64,000 nt of DNA. It comes from Guillardia theta CCMP2712. Its lineage: Eukaryota; Protista; Cryptophyta. The position numbers were made by a program, and so were the translations under genes. Positions 49,650 to 63,335 of this stretch are shown in pieces (within the stretch, counting starts at the first letter, position 1; the number at the start of each line of letters is the position of its first letter). The stretch is taken from positions 302,006-366,005 of the forward strand of contig NW_005434672.1 of the NCBI RefSeq assembly GCF_000315625.1, in the 5' to 3' direction. The notes beneath the pieces are model-generated. The model had not been told where the DNA came from and ran no database searches. It worked only from the letters and a program-made list of their open reading frames with translations.

Positions 49650-50069
49650 GAGAGGACAACGACAAGAAGGGAGAGAACAGATGGGTGAAGCATAGGAGAT
49701 CAGTTAGTGAGGAAAGGAACTCAGATCGAAGAATGCAGGTCGCAACAAGCTCTTGGAATTTGACGCAGGAGACTGAACAGTGCAGAGAGAATGGGAGAAG
49801 AGCAGACGAAGAGAGTGAGAGAGGGAGCAATTGATTAGATAAAATGCTGCTAGATGTACGAAGAGCATGATACCCCTGCCCTTTGCAGAGAAAGATGATG
49901 ATGAGGAGGAGGACGATTGTGACTCTTCCCGTTTGATCGATTTGCTGGAATTTCTTTGACCTTTGCTTTCCAGGCATGTTGGAGCCCTCAGAATGTTTCG
50001 AAACCCCATGAGAAATCATTTTCTTCCTCCTCTCCTGTAGATTCCTCCCGAGCTCCTGATAACCGCAAC

Positions 50070-51281
50070 ATGCCTCACCTCATGTTCCAAGTATGCATGT
50101 CCCACGACTCGGAGCAGATAGAGTGCACATTGATCGGGGAGTCGGATTTTGATACAAGGAGCTGCATCCATGCAGCAGCAGGCACGGCAGCGAAGCTCTT
50201 GAAGCTCAACCTCGACCTTCCTGAAGCAACGTGGGAAGACGCCGCGCACGCCACCCATCAGCAGCCCGCAAAGTTGACTTGACTTCCCCTGCTGGGCAAC
50301 CGCTTAATGTTTCATGCAGGTGCTGTAAGATCTCGATCCCTGAGAGCTTGACGCTCCGACGAAGTTTTCTCAGCTTATTCCAAGTGGAGGCTCTTGACAA
50401 CCTGGAGGAGCTGAGCTGGAGAGTCTTGACCTGCTGTTCTCCCTCCAGCCATGGGCGAAAACCCCCTGATGGACTCGATAGCGAGTCAGAGTCCCTGGGG
50501 GAGGGAGCCAACTACTTGCTGATGCGATCGAAGAGCCTTAAAGGTGCTGTTGTCGTGAACGATGCCATCCTCGCTCTGAACTCCCTTGTTTGCAGGAAGC
50601 TCGAGCAAGCATCCTCCTATCCTGCCAACATCCCAAACAGAGAAGGAGAATCCGCTGCAGAACGAATTCGCGGGCGAGGACACCACGAACCATAACCTTC
50701 CGCTCCCTGAGGTGATCCAGAAGCTCGTCAAAGAAAATGATGTGCTGCGATGGGACAACATCCAGAAGTGCTATCAAGTTCTCGACGGGGAACGATTCAA
50801 AGGTAGCCCGATGTTGCGAGCTCGCTGTCGGGTTGACGATGGTGGCGGTTGCAGAACGGTTCAACCAGCTCCGTGAGATCCGGCAGAAGCACAAGGATGG
50901 GGCCGTGGAGAGGCCGTTCAGCAGGATGCACAACTTCTACATCCTTGAGAGAGGAGAGAAGTGGGCCAAGACTGGGACCACGTTCCGACCCAAACACCCT
51001 CAGTATGCTCCTAAGGTCAGCTCCAGACCTGCGCTGCCGTGCGTGCTTGGAGGGAGAGAGGGCTGACGGGGGTGTAGGGATGTGTGATAACGATGGAGGA
51101 CTGCAACAAGCAGAGAGATCCCAACGCTTCGACATGGCTGGGCTTCGCCGCCTCCTCCCGGTTCTTCGGGTCGATGAGCCTCAACGGACAGGACTCGATG
51201 ATGGCGACTGCTACAGCGCTGCAGGCGCTGGGAAAGATGCCGATCCCTGTGAACAGGAAGTCGACAACGCAGAGCAGCTGA
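50070..51281 (+). CDS. Divergent HSF-type DNA-binding-domain protein
   Basis: VIQKLVKENDVLRWDNIQKCYQVLDGERF/ERFNQL...KHK...PFSRMHNFY...FRPKHP follows the HSF DBD layout (KL..I.W....F.V.D...F......KH....F.RQLN.Y...F.HP). Confidence 0.55.
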
Positions 51282-51509
51282 GGAAGAGGGGGAAGGAGAG
51301 AGGGTGGTGTGTGTGTAATGGATGATATGTGAATGGGCGTTGTAAATGCATTGAACCCGTTTTACTCCCTACGCCCCTCGTGCGTCAACATGGATGGAAT
51401 TCATCGCTGAAAAGATGATTGCATGCGTACGAGCCGCTGGTTGAGGCTTCAGACCTGGTGGATGAATGTATATTACAACATCTTCGTTAATATGCTACAT
51501 CGTGCTCCA

Positions 51510-53667
51510 TCACCCCCACATCTCGTCCTCGTCCCGCAGGAACGAGCTCTTGACCACTCGCTTCAGTTTAGCGTTAGGAGGAAGGTTGTCAGTAGTTGAA
51601 TCGAACATCCTTCCTGTGAGCGACGCCGCTCCCTGCAGCTCAGCATGACCGCAGGCGATAATGGTGAAGGAGAACGATGGAATCGGTGCAGGAGGAGTGG
51701 CACAGGGACGAGGAACAAATGGGTAACGGCGGAAGAGGAGGAGGAGGAGGAGGAGGAGGAGGAGGAGGAGGAGGAAAGGAGGAGGAGGAGGAGCAAGGCG
51801 AGGGTAAACCTGGTAATGCAGTGCCCCCTTGTCTCCTGGCAGTCTCTCCATATCCGTCATATGGCTTCCTGCCGTCCCAAGGACCTTGAAAGACTCCCAC
51901 GTCATGACATACAAGTCCTCCCCTCCCCACCCTCCCCTCCCTTCTCCCCTCCTCCCCCCATTTCACCTCGTTATGAAGGTCAAGGATGCGCTGTCTAGAA
52001 AAATCCTTTTCTTCGTTCTTGCTGTGGTTCCTCTCCACGTTTCGTTGAGACAACCTCCTCCTCCCCGTCATGTTGCTGAAAACTTCGATCAGCTCAATGC
52101 GACTGGGAAGGCATGGTGGATACTGCGAGGCCGTGAAGAGATCCGATTCGGAGATCTCCTGGAAGCTGCTGAAGTTGCTCACGTTGCTGAAGTTGCTGTT
52201 GTCGGATCGCAGCCTCCCGGACATCCTGAGTTGCGACTTGAGAACACAGCACATGACTCCCCTGCCTCAACTCAAGCTACTCACGAATGCGATGGTATGA
52301 CGAAGTTGGCTACTTTGTGATCCAGCACGCGGGGCATGCTGGACTTGGACGACCTTGAATTCAGCAGCTCGCTGTCACCGTCTCCAGCTGACTTCTCCGC
52401 GCTCTGCAGCCCGAGGGCGACCAAAACATCATGGGAGGGCGTGAGAGGGAGGACGAGGAGCAAAAGGAGAAAGGAGGGTCTGAAAAAGACAAAACAAGAA
52501 TCTCAACCTGATGGGAGAGATCGTAGAATACATCATGAGCAGCTGAAGAAGGCCGGAAGCTAGAGCTGATCTTCACACTGACCCCCGGCTTCATCATGCA
52601 TTCTTCTTGCTCTTGAGGCGATTCCGACGCAACCATATCTTCCTTCCTCTCACCATCAACAGTGGAGACGTTCTCCTCGGAAGGGCTCTCAAAGAAATCG
52701 AAGTTTCTTTGCTTGGCGTCGGCAGACTGCTTGCTAAACTTGATGGGCCCGAGGCCAATCCATCCATTGGAACTCACATGCAGATCCTTCTCTGCATCCT
52801 GCTCACTGGACGAAGGGGTCGCGTGATTCCCTGCTTCCCGATACTGCCAGCAAGTCAGTTCAAGGAGGTTTGGCTGCCGTCTGAGCGATACCAGCTTACG
52901 ATCCGATTCTAACTTCCCCAAGAACTCGTCAGGGTCGATCTCCGCCGAATCTGACTTTCCCTCCAGCCAGATTTCCTGTCCATGGGGCTCAGAGGAAGCA
53001 AACATCGCAGCAGGAGACAGAAGGGTGAAACAGGAGGAGTTGGAACTCTTACCACCTGCTCGACGAGATGGAAGTAAAGAATCAGGAAGATCAACAGAGC
53101 AGTGATGGCACAGACGGGGACGATCACTTTCGCCACAAACGCAGCTGTCAGACTGTCGTCTGCCGTGATCCTCAGGGGCAGGTTCGCTTCGTCGTACATG
53201 GCGGGGTATGAATAAAACCCAACTCTCCATCCCTTGGAGCGGATGAACGCAGAGAGGCTGGGAGAGTCCAAGCTTTTCTTGATCTGAGACGAAACTTTTT
53301 CCGCTACATCTCTTGTTGTGCTCACCTCATATGCTATCTGCCATGTGGTTGTTCCCGCTGCGAACTGGCTGACAAGGCTAACTGCAGAACGGGTCAACGT
53401 CAAGCTGGAAGCGATTTCCCCTCCGAGGATGTTGAAGTCGCTGGCGGCTCGATCGGGCTGGACGTTGGAAACATCGAGGACAAACTTGATCCTCACTGCT
53501 GTCGACGTTGATCGCCTCACTGTCCCAACCAGCACATGCGATGCTCGAAGGCCACGGCCTTCCTCGGTAAGGGCGGGGAGTTGACCAGGAGGCAGCAGGG
53601 TGCCTCCTGTAACGGGTTGCAACCATATGCTACATACAAGTGTGAAGAGAAACGCGCTGATGGGCAT
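51510..53667 (-). CDS. Type I membrane protein: signal peptide, SEA-like ectodomain, one TM helix, long cytosolic tail
   Basis: MPISAFLFTLVCSIWLQPVTG; TM VIVPVCAITALLIFLILYF. Downstream ORFs 52361-53230, 51640-52254 and 51510-51914 are linked by plausible introns (linkage inferred). Confidence 0.6.
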
Positions 53668-53784
53668 CGGCCCCTTGCGAGCACTCTAGGAAAGCATGCT
53701 CTCAACGGTACTCAGGTCCAGTCCAGATGCCCTCACTCATCACAACAGACGCTGTTCCTGCTTGTTGTACGTGTAACTCTGCTA

Positions 53785-53817
<33 letters not shown>

Positions 53818-54469
53818 ACTCTTGTTCCTGTTGCGTTGCATCGTCATTCCCCTTGTGACTGTGCGGGGCCATGCCAACGAAGTGCAGATTATGTTTTTAA
53901 ATTATTTCGGCAGGAGATGATAAAGTACAATGTATTTTGAAAGTTAGGAAAAACATTTTTAAACCCACTGAAGTACGATCCGGGAATTTCGGGAGCAGTC
54001 CTGACCCCCGAGACCCGGGACCCATCATGCGCATCCCTGACCTTCTGCTCTCCTAATGGCTCAGGCCCTGTTGGCCTTCCTATCAGTCTTGCTCTTTTGA
54101 GTTTCCCACTTGCGCGAGTCTGAGGCTGCTCTGCTAGTCTGCTCTGCTCTGCTCTGCTCTGCTCTGCTCTGCGGAGTCTGCTCTGCGAAGTCTGCTCTGC
54201 TCAGTGTCGGAGGGAGGAGGGGGAGGAGGGAGGAGGGAGGCAGGAAGAGGGAGGAGAAGAGGAAGGATGCAGGCAGAGGGAGGATGGATGAGCATTACGA
54301 GCTGAGCTGTTTCACTCACGAGAGTGACCTCAGTGGTGGAGGAAGGATGATGGCAAGGAGACGAGGAGGATTGACGGGGTGGAGCAGGGGCACTGAGGAT
54401 GGGCTGACTCGACTGATGGAGGGCGTAGAGATGCTTTGCTATCAAGGTTAACGTGCTCAGTCTGAGCAT

Positions 54470-56546
54470 TCATGACACAAGAGCCTCTTGTGGCTTCAGC
54501 TCCTTGCGGCCTCGATGCTTGCGATTGAACATCTGCATTGCAGTGGAGGGGACTGGCGGAGGTCCGTTGGGATAGCCAACCTGCGGAACGATGAGGAGGA
54601 TGTACCACAGGAGGATGAGCAAGGATTGCCGCTTGCAGCCACCAGGCAGGATACCCGACGGGTTTCCCATAGACGTTTCCATCGGCGTACCTGCAGACTA
54701 GCGTTAGGATGAAGGAGGAAGCAAAGCGATGGTCGAGATTGGAGAGGGAGGGGCGAGGAATGTGGAAGGACGTGGGGAAGAGAGGAGAAGAGACAAGAAG
54801 GAAGCGAGCGGGGAGGGGGAGAGAAGGAAGTGGAGGAAGCAAGAGCTGATGCGGGGGAGGAGCATACTTTTCCATGAGGTCATCAGCTAGCTTCCACCAT
54901 GACTTGATGACTCCATTGGCATTTGCGATGTAGAGGTCGGTCATCTGAACCCTCCGTCAGCCCGTTAGGGACCTGGCCATCGAAACCTTCTTGGGATCTT
55001 TCAATCCTATCTGGTCCACCTTTCCGACCAGAGCTTTCGAAGTTTCTTCCCACTTGCTCTAGATGGTCAGTTAGAACAGGATCTCCTTCCCTTCTCGTCA
55101 GCCTCACTGATTGAGCTCGGATGTCTTTGATCATGTCCGACCACCTCAGGTTTGCCAAGTTCTCCACATACCTGCCCACACTTGTCAGAGACGAGCACGA
55201 GAGCGCTTGAGCCTGTTCGCCTGTGTGCCCAGTATGCTGATCTCCTGTCAAGTTTCGAAGGGTTGCCGATCTGGACGTGACCGGTCAGCTGATGGTTCTG
55301 CTGGGATCTTTCGTATCGTCACCTTGTACGCTGGAGGCAGGTCCTGCATGCCGATTGCAAAAGGGACGTAGACGGTCGCGTGAGCTCCATGCGGTCCGAA
55401 CCAGACGAGTCCTCCGACTTGAGCTGGCAGCCACTTCCTGCTCTGCCCGGCTCTGTGAGAGACGGACTAGCAGAAGCAGGCGAGAGAGAGGGATGGGCAG
55501 GCGCCGCAAGCGAGGAGAAGGTGTGGACAAGGAGCTGCGAGAGGAGGAGTAGGCTGTGTCTTACTTGAGCGACGTACGAGTCTGACGTCCTGAAGAGTGC
55601 TATCGGTCGCTCCCAGTTCCCAGCTACCTTTGATTCACCTAGCTGAGGATGAGCTGGGCATTCTGATCGAGAGTGTCTCACCATCACCGCCTATCCAGCG
55701 GTCGGGGCTGCCAAAAGGTCCAGCAGCCAGCCCAGCTGTCATGTCAAATGGCGTCCCCTGGGCAGAGAGATGAGGGAGAGATGAGGAAGGAGCAGAGAAG
55801 GGAGGGAGAAGGGAGGGAGAGAGGAGAGGGAGAGAGGGAAGGGAGAGGGCAGAGCAGACAGAAACCTCAAGTGAGTCCCTCATGATAGCCATGACCGTCG
55901 CCAACTCCACCTGCAAGGGACTTGAGTGGGTAGTGAGGAGGGAGGGTGGGGCAGGTGCTACTTTTGTATCGGGGGCGATGCTGAAGGGATAGGGACTGGA
56001 GTATCGTATGCTGCAGGAGGATCACGAATCAGAGCATGGCGGCTCGGCATGAACAGCAATCAACACGAGGGAGATCATACTCTTTGTATGTGGTGGGAAA
56101 CTTGCTAGAAGGTGCAAGGATATCGTAGGCACGCCAGATCCGCCGTCCGGTATAGAACTTGTGTGCATATTCGCCTACCAGAGCAATCACGGCAGACAGG
56201 GAAATAAACGTCAGGGCACAGATGCAGCATGGGGGGACGAAGCGTCCTGGTCCTACCGTCACTGAAGATTGCGGTGAAGTCAAACTTGCTCCCCGGGGTC
56301 CACCATCCCTTGGACTGGGCGATCGAGAACATGTTGGGTGACCCCAGGAAATTTTCGCTGTCCGCTAGGTTGACCTCCCGGATGATGAACATGTTGGCAA
56401 CGATCGTGACATGCCCTGACCCATGCGTCATGAGTTCATTCATCGTGGTCAGTGTGATCGTCAGCTCCAATGTTGTTCCACCCTCAAAAACCTCAATGCC
56501 GTCATCGTCATCTCCCATTCTCCCCTTCCAACCAGCACACACCACC

Positions 56547-56577
<31 letters not shown>

Positions 56578-57410
56578 CAAATATCTGAACTGCAAACTCA
56601 CCATCAGGGACTTTCTGGGCGACCCAAATCGCAGAGGTTCCCGTGTCGTCCTGGCACCCGGCCTCAACTCGCGTCCTCCTCTTCATCGGCTTACCGGCAG
56701 TATGTGGAAGACCCATCCCTCGTTGGGGTCTCCAACCAGCAGGGACTCAGCTGTTCCCTCGAAGGATCCTGCCCCGTAGAACCCATACTTGACCGCGAGA
56801 TCTCCCATAATCTGAACGGCCTCCCGCGCGGTCGCTGCTCGCTCCATGGCCAGCTGCGACAAGGTGTCGACGCTCATGATCGCCTTGCCGCCTTGCCCTG
56901 CAGGTTTGGCGCCAAAAACTCCGCTGCATGTTGACTCGGCGATGGAGACCTGCTTTTCGTTGATGACTCCGTATGTCTCCTCGAAGTATGCGAACGTGTG
57001 AGGAACCTGTGGAATCCTGGGGTGAACAGTCAGAGTGCGAGCAAGAAGCTTCGGCTGACCTCCCGATCGGAGCGAAAGGAGTCTGATCTTTGCTAGGGAA
57101 GTACTCGGAGACGTTCCTGCTGTAGCCGATGTAACGAGGGTACTCCTCGTAAGCAAAGAATATGTCTCTCAACGAGTTGGGTTCGTGGTCTAAACAGTCG
57201 CATCAAGGGTGGTTGGATCACGAGAGTGCTACCTGCTGCAGCTATCCTCACTAGCCTCGGATCTACAGTCCCTTCACCGTCATTGCTGTGTGAGTTCAGT
57301 GTCGAGCCATCGACTGTAGAGCCAGGGGTTGCTAAAATGGTAGTACATGCTCGAACAAGCGTCGGGGTGGTGATGCAAGACAAGAAAAAGGCGATCTATG
57401 CAGGAATCAT
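54470..57410 (-). CDS. Peptidase family C69 (dipeptidase/secernin-like Ntn hydrolase), secretory
   Basis: Signal peptide then [26 protein letters not shown] (N-terminal Cys nucleophile). Also [47 protein letters not shown] and [10 protein letters not shown]. Confidence 0.9.
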
Positions 57411-57724
57411 GTCAGTTCAGGATAAAAACCGTTGAAGAAATTATGAATGAAGGTTGGGAGATGAAGTGAAACGGATCAAACATCATGGTGCAAAGAGCAG
57501 GATGGATCCAACCAAAGCAAACTGATGACGGATTGCAACATTTGTTTCATCTCCTCTCCTTCATCATACATATCATTGATCCATTCTCGCCTCTACCTCG
57601 TGGATTGTCTCCTTCATAACTGATTCTTATCTTCTCATCCCCCTCCTCTCCCCTACCGTGCATGCCCATCGAGCGCCGCCACGTTTGCGCTTCGCCTGCA
57701 TTTCGGTATCCCCGACCGCAAGGG

Positions 57725-57747
57725 AACCTTTTAAAAGGTTTTAAAAC
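57725..57747. repeat. Perfect 16-bp palindrome AACCTTTTAAAAGGTT overlapping a 10-bp palindrome GTTTTAAAAC
   Basis: Directly visible in the AT-rich divergent promoter. Confidence 0.85.
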
Positions 57748-57890
57748 TGACATTTTTAAGTTTTTAAAACAAATGTAAATTCGGTAAGTCTGGAATCAAT
57801 CATACCCCTTATATTATATGCGTTGGACACTAGAGGGTAGGGGTGAGGGTAGTCACCCCTACCCCTCTTCCCGTCACACTCCGAGCAGCA

Positions 57891-59140
57891 ATGGGCGCAG
57901 GAGGCGGGGCAGTGGCAGCGGCTGCCATGGCGGTCGCATTGGGAACGATCTTCATGTCATGCGGACTGGCATCGATGCTGGGGCATGTGAGCTGCTGCAA
58001 GCTGAACTCTCCCTCTCCTCTCCCCTATATCCTCCTCCTCGTCCTCTCCCCAGCCCTGCTTCTTTGCCGAGACTGGCCATGATGCGATTTTGTAACTCAC
58101 GTTGTCCTGCCCCGCCAGGTGCCGAGCTTCCCGCAAGTCAGCATGTGCGGCATGTATGCTCCTGAGCGCTACATCTTCACGTTAGGAATGAACGTCAGCG
58201 CGATCCTGTTGGCGATCTTGTTGCTCATCAACCACTCCCGCAAGTTTGAGCCCGGTCATCAAGACTCCTGGGACCTCTACACCAGACTCTCTGCTGGAGT
58301 CCAGCTGGGGGTGGGTCTCGCAGCTACAGTCTGCCTAGCTCTCATGGGAACCATCCCCGTCTCCGAGTTCCCGATCCCCCACGTGCTGTTTGCCGCCTGC
58401 TTCTTCGCCCTCCTCGTCGTCTTCCAGGTTTGGAACTCCACCGAGAGGATCTGCATGCGATCCCGCACGTTCTCGACCCTCTCGATGGAGCAGCAGAACC
58501 TCTCCATCATGAAGGAGACCTGGATGGTGGCATGGATGGTCGTCACCGCAGTCAGCTTCGTCACCTGGCAGACCACTGGAAACAGCATCGTCCAGTACAT
58601 CGCGATCTCAGCCGTCCTGCTCTACTTCAGGTGCTCCTCTCCTCTCCCCCTTCCCTCCTCATCTCACACGCTGGCAGCCCCTACATCATCGAGCTGCGCG
58701 ACGTGTCGGTGGGCGTCGTGACCAACTCGGAAGAGGATGCGGAGGTGGAGGGTCTTGGCTCCTGCTTGGGGTCGTTTGTGACATGCCAGTGTAGGTTAGG
58801 ACAAGGTTGTTGGAAGGAGGCGACAGGGCGGGAGAGGGGCAGAGGAGGAACGGAGCTCCCAAGGGCTCTGTGGCCATCGCGATCTTTACCATGCTGGTGG
58901 GTCATCAGGGCCTGGTCCTTTCCCTTGCCCCCAAGTCCTCCCTGCCTCCCGCCCGTCACGTCTGTGCCGCCCGTCTTGCTCACGTCTCTGTTGCAGATTA
59001 TCGTGCTAGCGTTGTTTGCCCTCGTGTTCTCAGTCGGTCTGAATGCTCCTCCCTCCCCTGACTTGAAGGTTCTCCCTCCCCTGCCTTCACCTCCGCAGCC
59101 CGTGACGCCAGCGCAGGTCGGTGCCAGGAGACAGGTCTAG
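57891..59140 (+). CDS. Frag1/DRAM/Sfk1 (TMEM150-like) membrane protein
   Basis: GH/VPSFPQVSMCGMYAPERYIFTLGM and PHVLFAACFF match the family (P.IS..G...PE..IF; H...A..FF). Multiple TM helices. Confidence 0.8.
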
Positions 59141-59703
59141 GGAGAAGGGAAGGAGAAGCAGATTCATTCCATCCCTGAATGAGTCTCGTGTGTCTGTAGG
59201 AGATGGGAAGTTTTCGAGTGAGCGAGGAGGCGAGAAGAAAGGAGATTCTCATTCTCTACCCTCCTCGTCGCAGAAGTTTCTGAAGGTTGTTTTTGGATGC
59301 GTTGGCCACAAGTTTTTTCTGTGCGAGTTGATGACTAAGTTGTATATGTATGTGAATACATCGAAATCGATGACACTCACTAATGTTTCTGAGCAATCGG
59401 ACAGAAGTGAGCTTGTTCTCTAGTTTCTGTGGTGCGAAGAAAGGAGCATATCGAAGCACGACCTGCTGATTTTATCCCCTTCTCCCCTCCTCTTCGAGCA
59501 TCTTTCCATATTCTGTTTCTCGCCTCCTTTGCTTCCTGTCTCCGTCAGATTCTTGTCTCCTCGTCCGACTTTGATTTTGACCTTTCAGCCCCTCCTCCCC
59601 TGCCCCACCCGTTTTGACGAGACCAACTTGTCAAAATCCGCGGCATCCGTCAACGTCGCAAAGATACAAATAAAAGGAAGGGGGGAGGAGAAGAAGAGAG
59701 GAA

Positions 59704-60081
59704 ATGCAAGTGCAAAGCCACAAGCGGATTTCGGACTTTCTCCTACTGCACGCGGTACGATGCTCTGAACCGAAACGAGGAGGAGGAGGCAGCAGCATCG
59801 GTCGGGACGGTCTTCACTTTGCCGGCCTTACAGGTCAACCCGAGGCCGAGCAGAGCATACCGACGAGCTTCCTCTGCCCTATCACGCATGAGGTGATGGA
59901 GAATCCGGTGCTGGTGATCGAGTCAGGACACTCGTACGAGGAGGCAGCAATCCTTCACTGGTTCTCCTCCCATCGCACTGACCCCCTCACCAACATCTCC
60001 CTCTCCTGCCTCGCCTTCGTTGACAATCACACGCTCAGGAATGCGATCCAAGAGTTTCTCGCGCGGAAGAGGGAGCGATGA
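59704..60081 (+). CDS. Small U-box domain protein
   Basis: IPTSFLCPITHEVMENPVLVIESGHSYEEAAILHWF...TDPLTN...NHTLRNAIQEF. Confidence 0.85.
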   Translation: MQVQSHKRISDFLLLHAVRCSEPKRGGGGSSIGRDGLHFAGLTGQPEAEQSIPTSFLCPITHEVMENPVLVIESGHSYEEAAILHWFSSHRTDPLTNISLSCLAFVDNHTLRNAIQEFLARKRER

Positions 60082-60261
60082 GGACGCAGCACATTGAGAT
60101 GAAGGTTGTGGTGATATTCGCTGAATGTCATGGAAAAGAAGAAGTCGACGATGACGTTGATGAAGCAGAAAAGGAGGAGGCGTTGAAAGAAAATTGACAG
60201 CAGACTGAAGCTGCGATGGCTTTCGTTTCGCTCGATTCTTTACCAACCGCTTCCTCGCCGG

Positions 60262-63200
60262 CTAATGCGCGATGCTCCTGTAAAGTTTGGCGTGCGAGGG
60301 ATACCTGGGAAGACTGATCAACGCAAGGGCAAGAAGCTGAAGCTCCTTCACCTCCTCATCTCGTTGACAACCGTCAGCGTCGGCGATATCTCTGTCTCTC
60401 TCCCTGCCTTGTCTCCCTCCAGCAAAGCCTGTCTTGGTGCCTCCTGCCCCCTTGGCGTCATGATCAGCTTCGACGGATGCTTCTCCTCCTGTTTGCTGGA
60501 GACAAGAAAAGAAACATGAGCGAGGAATGAAATTGCCTGAGCCACAACAAACTCTCCTCTCTTTCCTCCATCCCTCCTCTCCTGCTCCAACATGCATCCT
60601 CCCCAGCTCCCTTCTCCCCTGCGCCCTCACCTTTTCTCTTCCCCATATCCGTACAGTTGCTCGAACTTCCTCCCCGACGGGGCCACGTGCGTCCTCGGGG
60701 TCAGCTGCAAGCTCACCCTGCCATCCTCCACCAGCACGCGATCGTTCAGCCTATGGTCCCCGGCACAGAAACCGCGGGAGATCACGATCGCTCCGACGTC
60801 CTTGTTCTCAGAGTTTGCCTCCATGTTGATCGCCGACCTCTTGCTCACATCCAGGTGATACCCGTACGTCCTGTAGAGGAAAAAGTCGAGCTCGGGCTCC
60901 TTCCCGGCAAAGTCCGCGGCCAGCCTGCGGGGGCAGGTCACAAGAGCACGGGGAGGAGCTGTGCCCGTGCTCACTTGTAGATGCTCGAGAGTTTGGAGTG
61001 GTCGTGCTGGATGAAGTAAGTCCGAAGGCACTGCACACACAGCAGGATCAGTCGGCGGTTCATCACATGGCGGAGGCACCTCAATCAGCCTCTCTGTCTT
61101 CACTTCTTGCAGCGCCACGTCGACAGGCTGAGGGTCCAGGGACTTGGCAGCCACCGGCACCAAGACGTCGCTGTCAGTGACAAGAGCTTCCTTGACCTGC
61201 CAGCAGCACGTGACTCAGCCTCAGGCACGCTCGCGGTATCAAGGGAAGGAAGACCTGCTGGCTCGCTGGTACTGCAGCATTCGCGTTGACCCCGTTCGCC
61301 CTGGGAGACGCGTCGGCCAGGTGCCTGTCATGCTTCGAGTTCTTGATGGGAGAGGAAGCATCGAAGATGGGCCCCTGGCCTGCAGAGCGAGCATGAGAAG
61401 GGTTCAACAGGCCCTCCTCCTCCCCTTACACATCGTCTGGTCGATGTCCCCCGGCGTCATTGGCTTGTGAGGGACTGGGCGCTCGGCGCCATGAGAAGCT
61501 CCGGAGTTCTCTCGCAGGACAAACTGGTGAACGAGGAGCATTTCAGGTCGCAGCAGCCACGGGGTTGGAGGAGGAGGATGAGAGCGAAAAAGAGGAGAGC
61601 AGGAGTTATGAAGGAAGTGGAGGAGAAAGTGTGGGAGAGGCTCAAGGAGGCGAGGAGTCGACAGTTTTGCATGGAGGCGGGGAGGTGGGTGGGCAGTTAA
61701 CCCCTGGAAGGGAAGGGGAGGGAGCAGTGGAGAATCTTGAGGTAGCAAGAGGTAGAGGTAGCAAGAGACCTTGGCTGAGAGAGGCCTTGAGTTGATCTGC
61801 GAGATTTCAGTCGGGTTGTCCTGACTTGGTTCGGGTTCGTTCTCGTTGAGAATCACTTTCAGCTTCGCGTACAAGGTCTGCCGCTCCGCCGGGTCTTGGA
61901 ACCGAGCGTCTGGCATGAGGAGAGTCAGGAGGAGGCAGGAGGAGGAGGTGTACGAGGGCGCACTCGGTTCCTCGGCATCCACTTCCGAGTCGTCTTGGAT
62001 GCTCAGGTGGTCCATGATCAGCGACAGTAGCGCCTTCTTCTCCACCTTCCATCTAGCGGGGGATCAGGTCAGGGAAGGGAGCCCAGCTGTCATCGGGAGC
62101 AACCTTGCTTGGTTCTGGTGGTAGCTCTTTACCTCCTGCATCAGCTCCTGGGATAGGTTCGCCGTCTGGAAGTGACTTTTTCTCAGCGAGGTGTTCTCCT
62201 CCTGCACCTGCCCCAACCAGCTCTCAGTCCATCCCGGAGCTGCATCGTCTCAGGCTGCAGACCTCGCAGATTTGTTCCAGCAGTTGTGTGGAATACGTGT
62301 ACAGCTGCCTCCTGCAGCACCAAATCAACCGCCACGTCTTGGTCCCCGCCACCTACAGCTCCTCGTCCTGCGCCTCGAGCTTTTCCTGCAACTCGGGCAA
62401 GCTCGGATCCTTCAACTGCCGCTGGCTTGGTTCACCGCTCTCAACGTCCTCAGCATGCCTGCTGCACACCGAGCACACGAACGCGTCCCTGGGTGCAGAC
62501 GCCATCGGCTGCTCCTCTGCCTTCGTGGCACTCGGGGCAGCCTGGGCCTTCTCCCCTCCCTCCCCCGACCTCGCCAATCGCTCCTCCGACAAGATGATCG
62601 CCTCGGCCTGCAAGATCTGGTCGTACATCTCCTGCGGACTCCGAGGTCAGAGGTCAGGCACGAGAGGTGCGTCGGGAGGGACCTGCGACCGGTCGAGCAA
62701 GTGGGTCTCGCTCTCAAGCAGGATGTCAATGCCGTTGAGCAGCGCGTCTGCCATCTGGTTGCAGTTGTAACTGCCGTGCTCGTAGCCGAGGCGGATGAGA
62801 GCTTCAGAGACGGTCTCTTCGTAAATCTAGAAAGACACGATGAGCAAGAGGAGAAGGAAGAGGAAGAGGAATGAGGAGGAGGAGGAGGAGGATGAGGATG
62901 AAGGGAAAGGGGAAATGTGGCTAGAGGGATTTCGAGCCAGCATCAAGAGCAACAACAAGGTGCTGTTGTTTTGAAGGCCGGTGATATGGAGGGGAGAAGG
63001 ATAAAATGTATGTCGAGCACCTGTAACTGGCCCTCTACCGCCATCACCGCTTGATACTGCTGCTTCAGTTTCTTCTCAGATACTCTTGCCCTCTCCCTCT
63101 GCTGATCGTCCTTGAGCAAGGCAGCGTCAACAAACGATCGGAACTCCTCATTCTTGCTGTAGAGGTCGGACAGGAACGGCGACGACTTGATGGGCTCAGG

Positions 63201-63335
63201 TAAGTCCGAGGTGTCTCCTCCTTCACCCTGAAAGTGCGGCTCCTTGCCCAGCATTTCAAGGTATTCCTGCGAATCGATCGTCGGCTGTTGAGGATTCTTC
63301 CCTCCCTTGAGCTTCTTCATTCCTTTCGTGAACAT
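60262..63335 (-). CDS. Hypothetical multi-exon protein with coiled-coil N-terminal half
   Basis: Chain of minus-strand ORFs with GT-AG boundaries (MFTKGMKKLKGGK..., MYDQILQAEAII..., EKKALLSLIMDHL..., EPELDFFLYRTYGYHLDV...). No family recognised. Confidence 0.6.
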
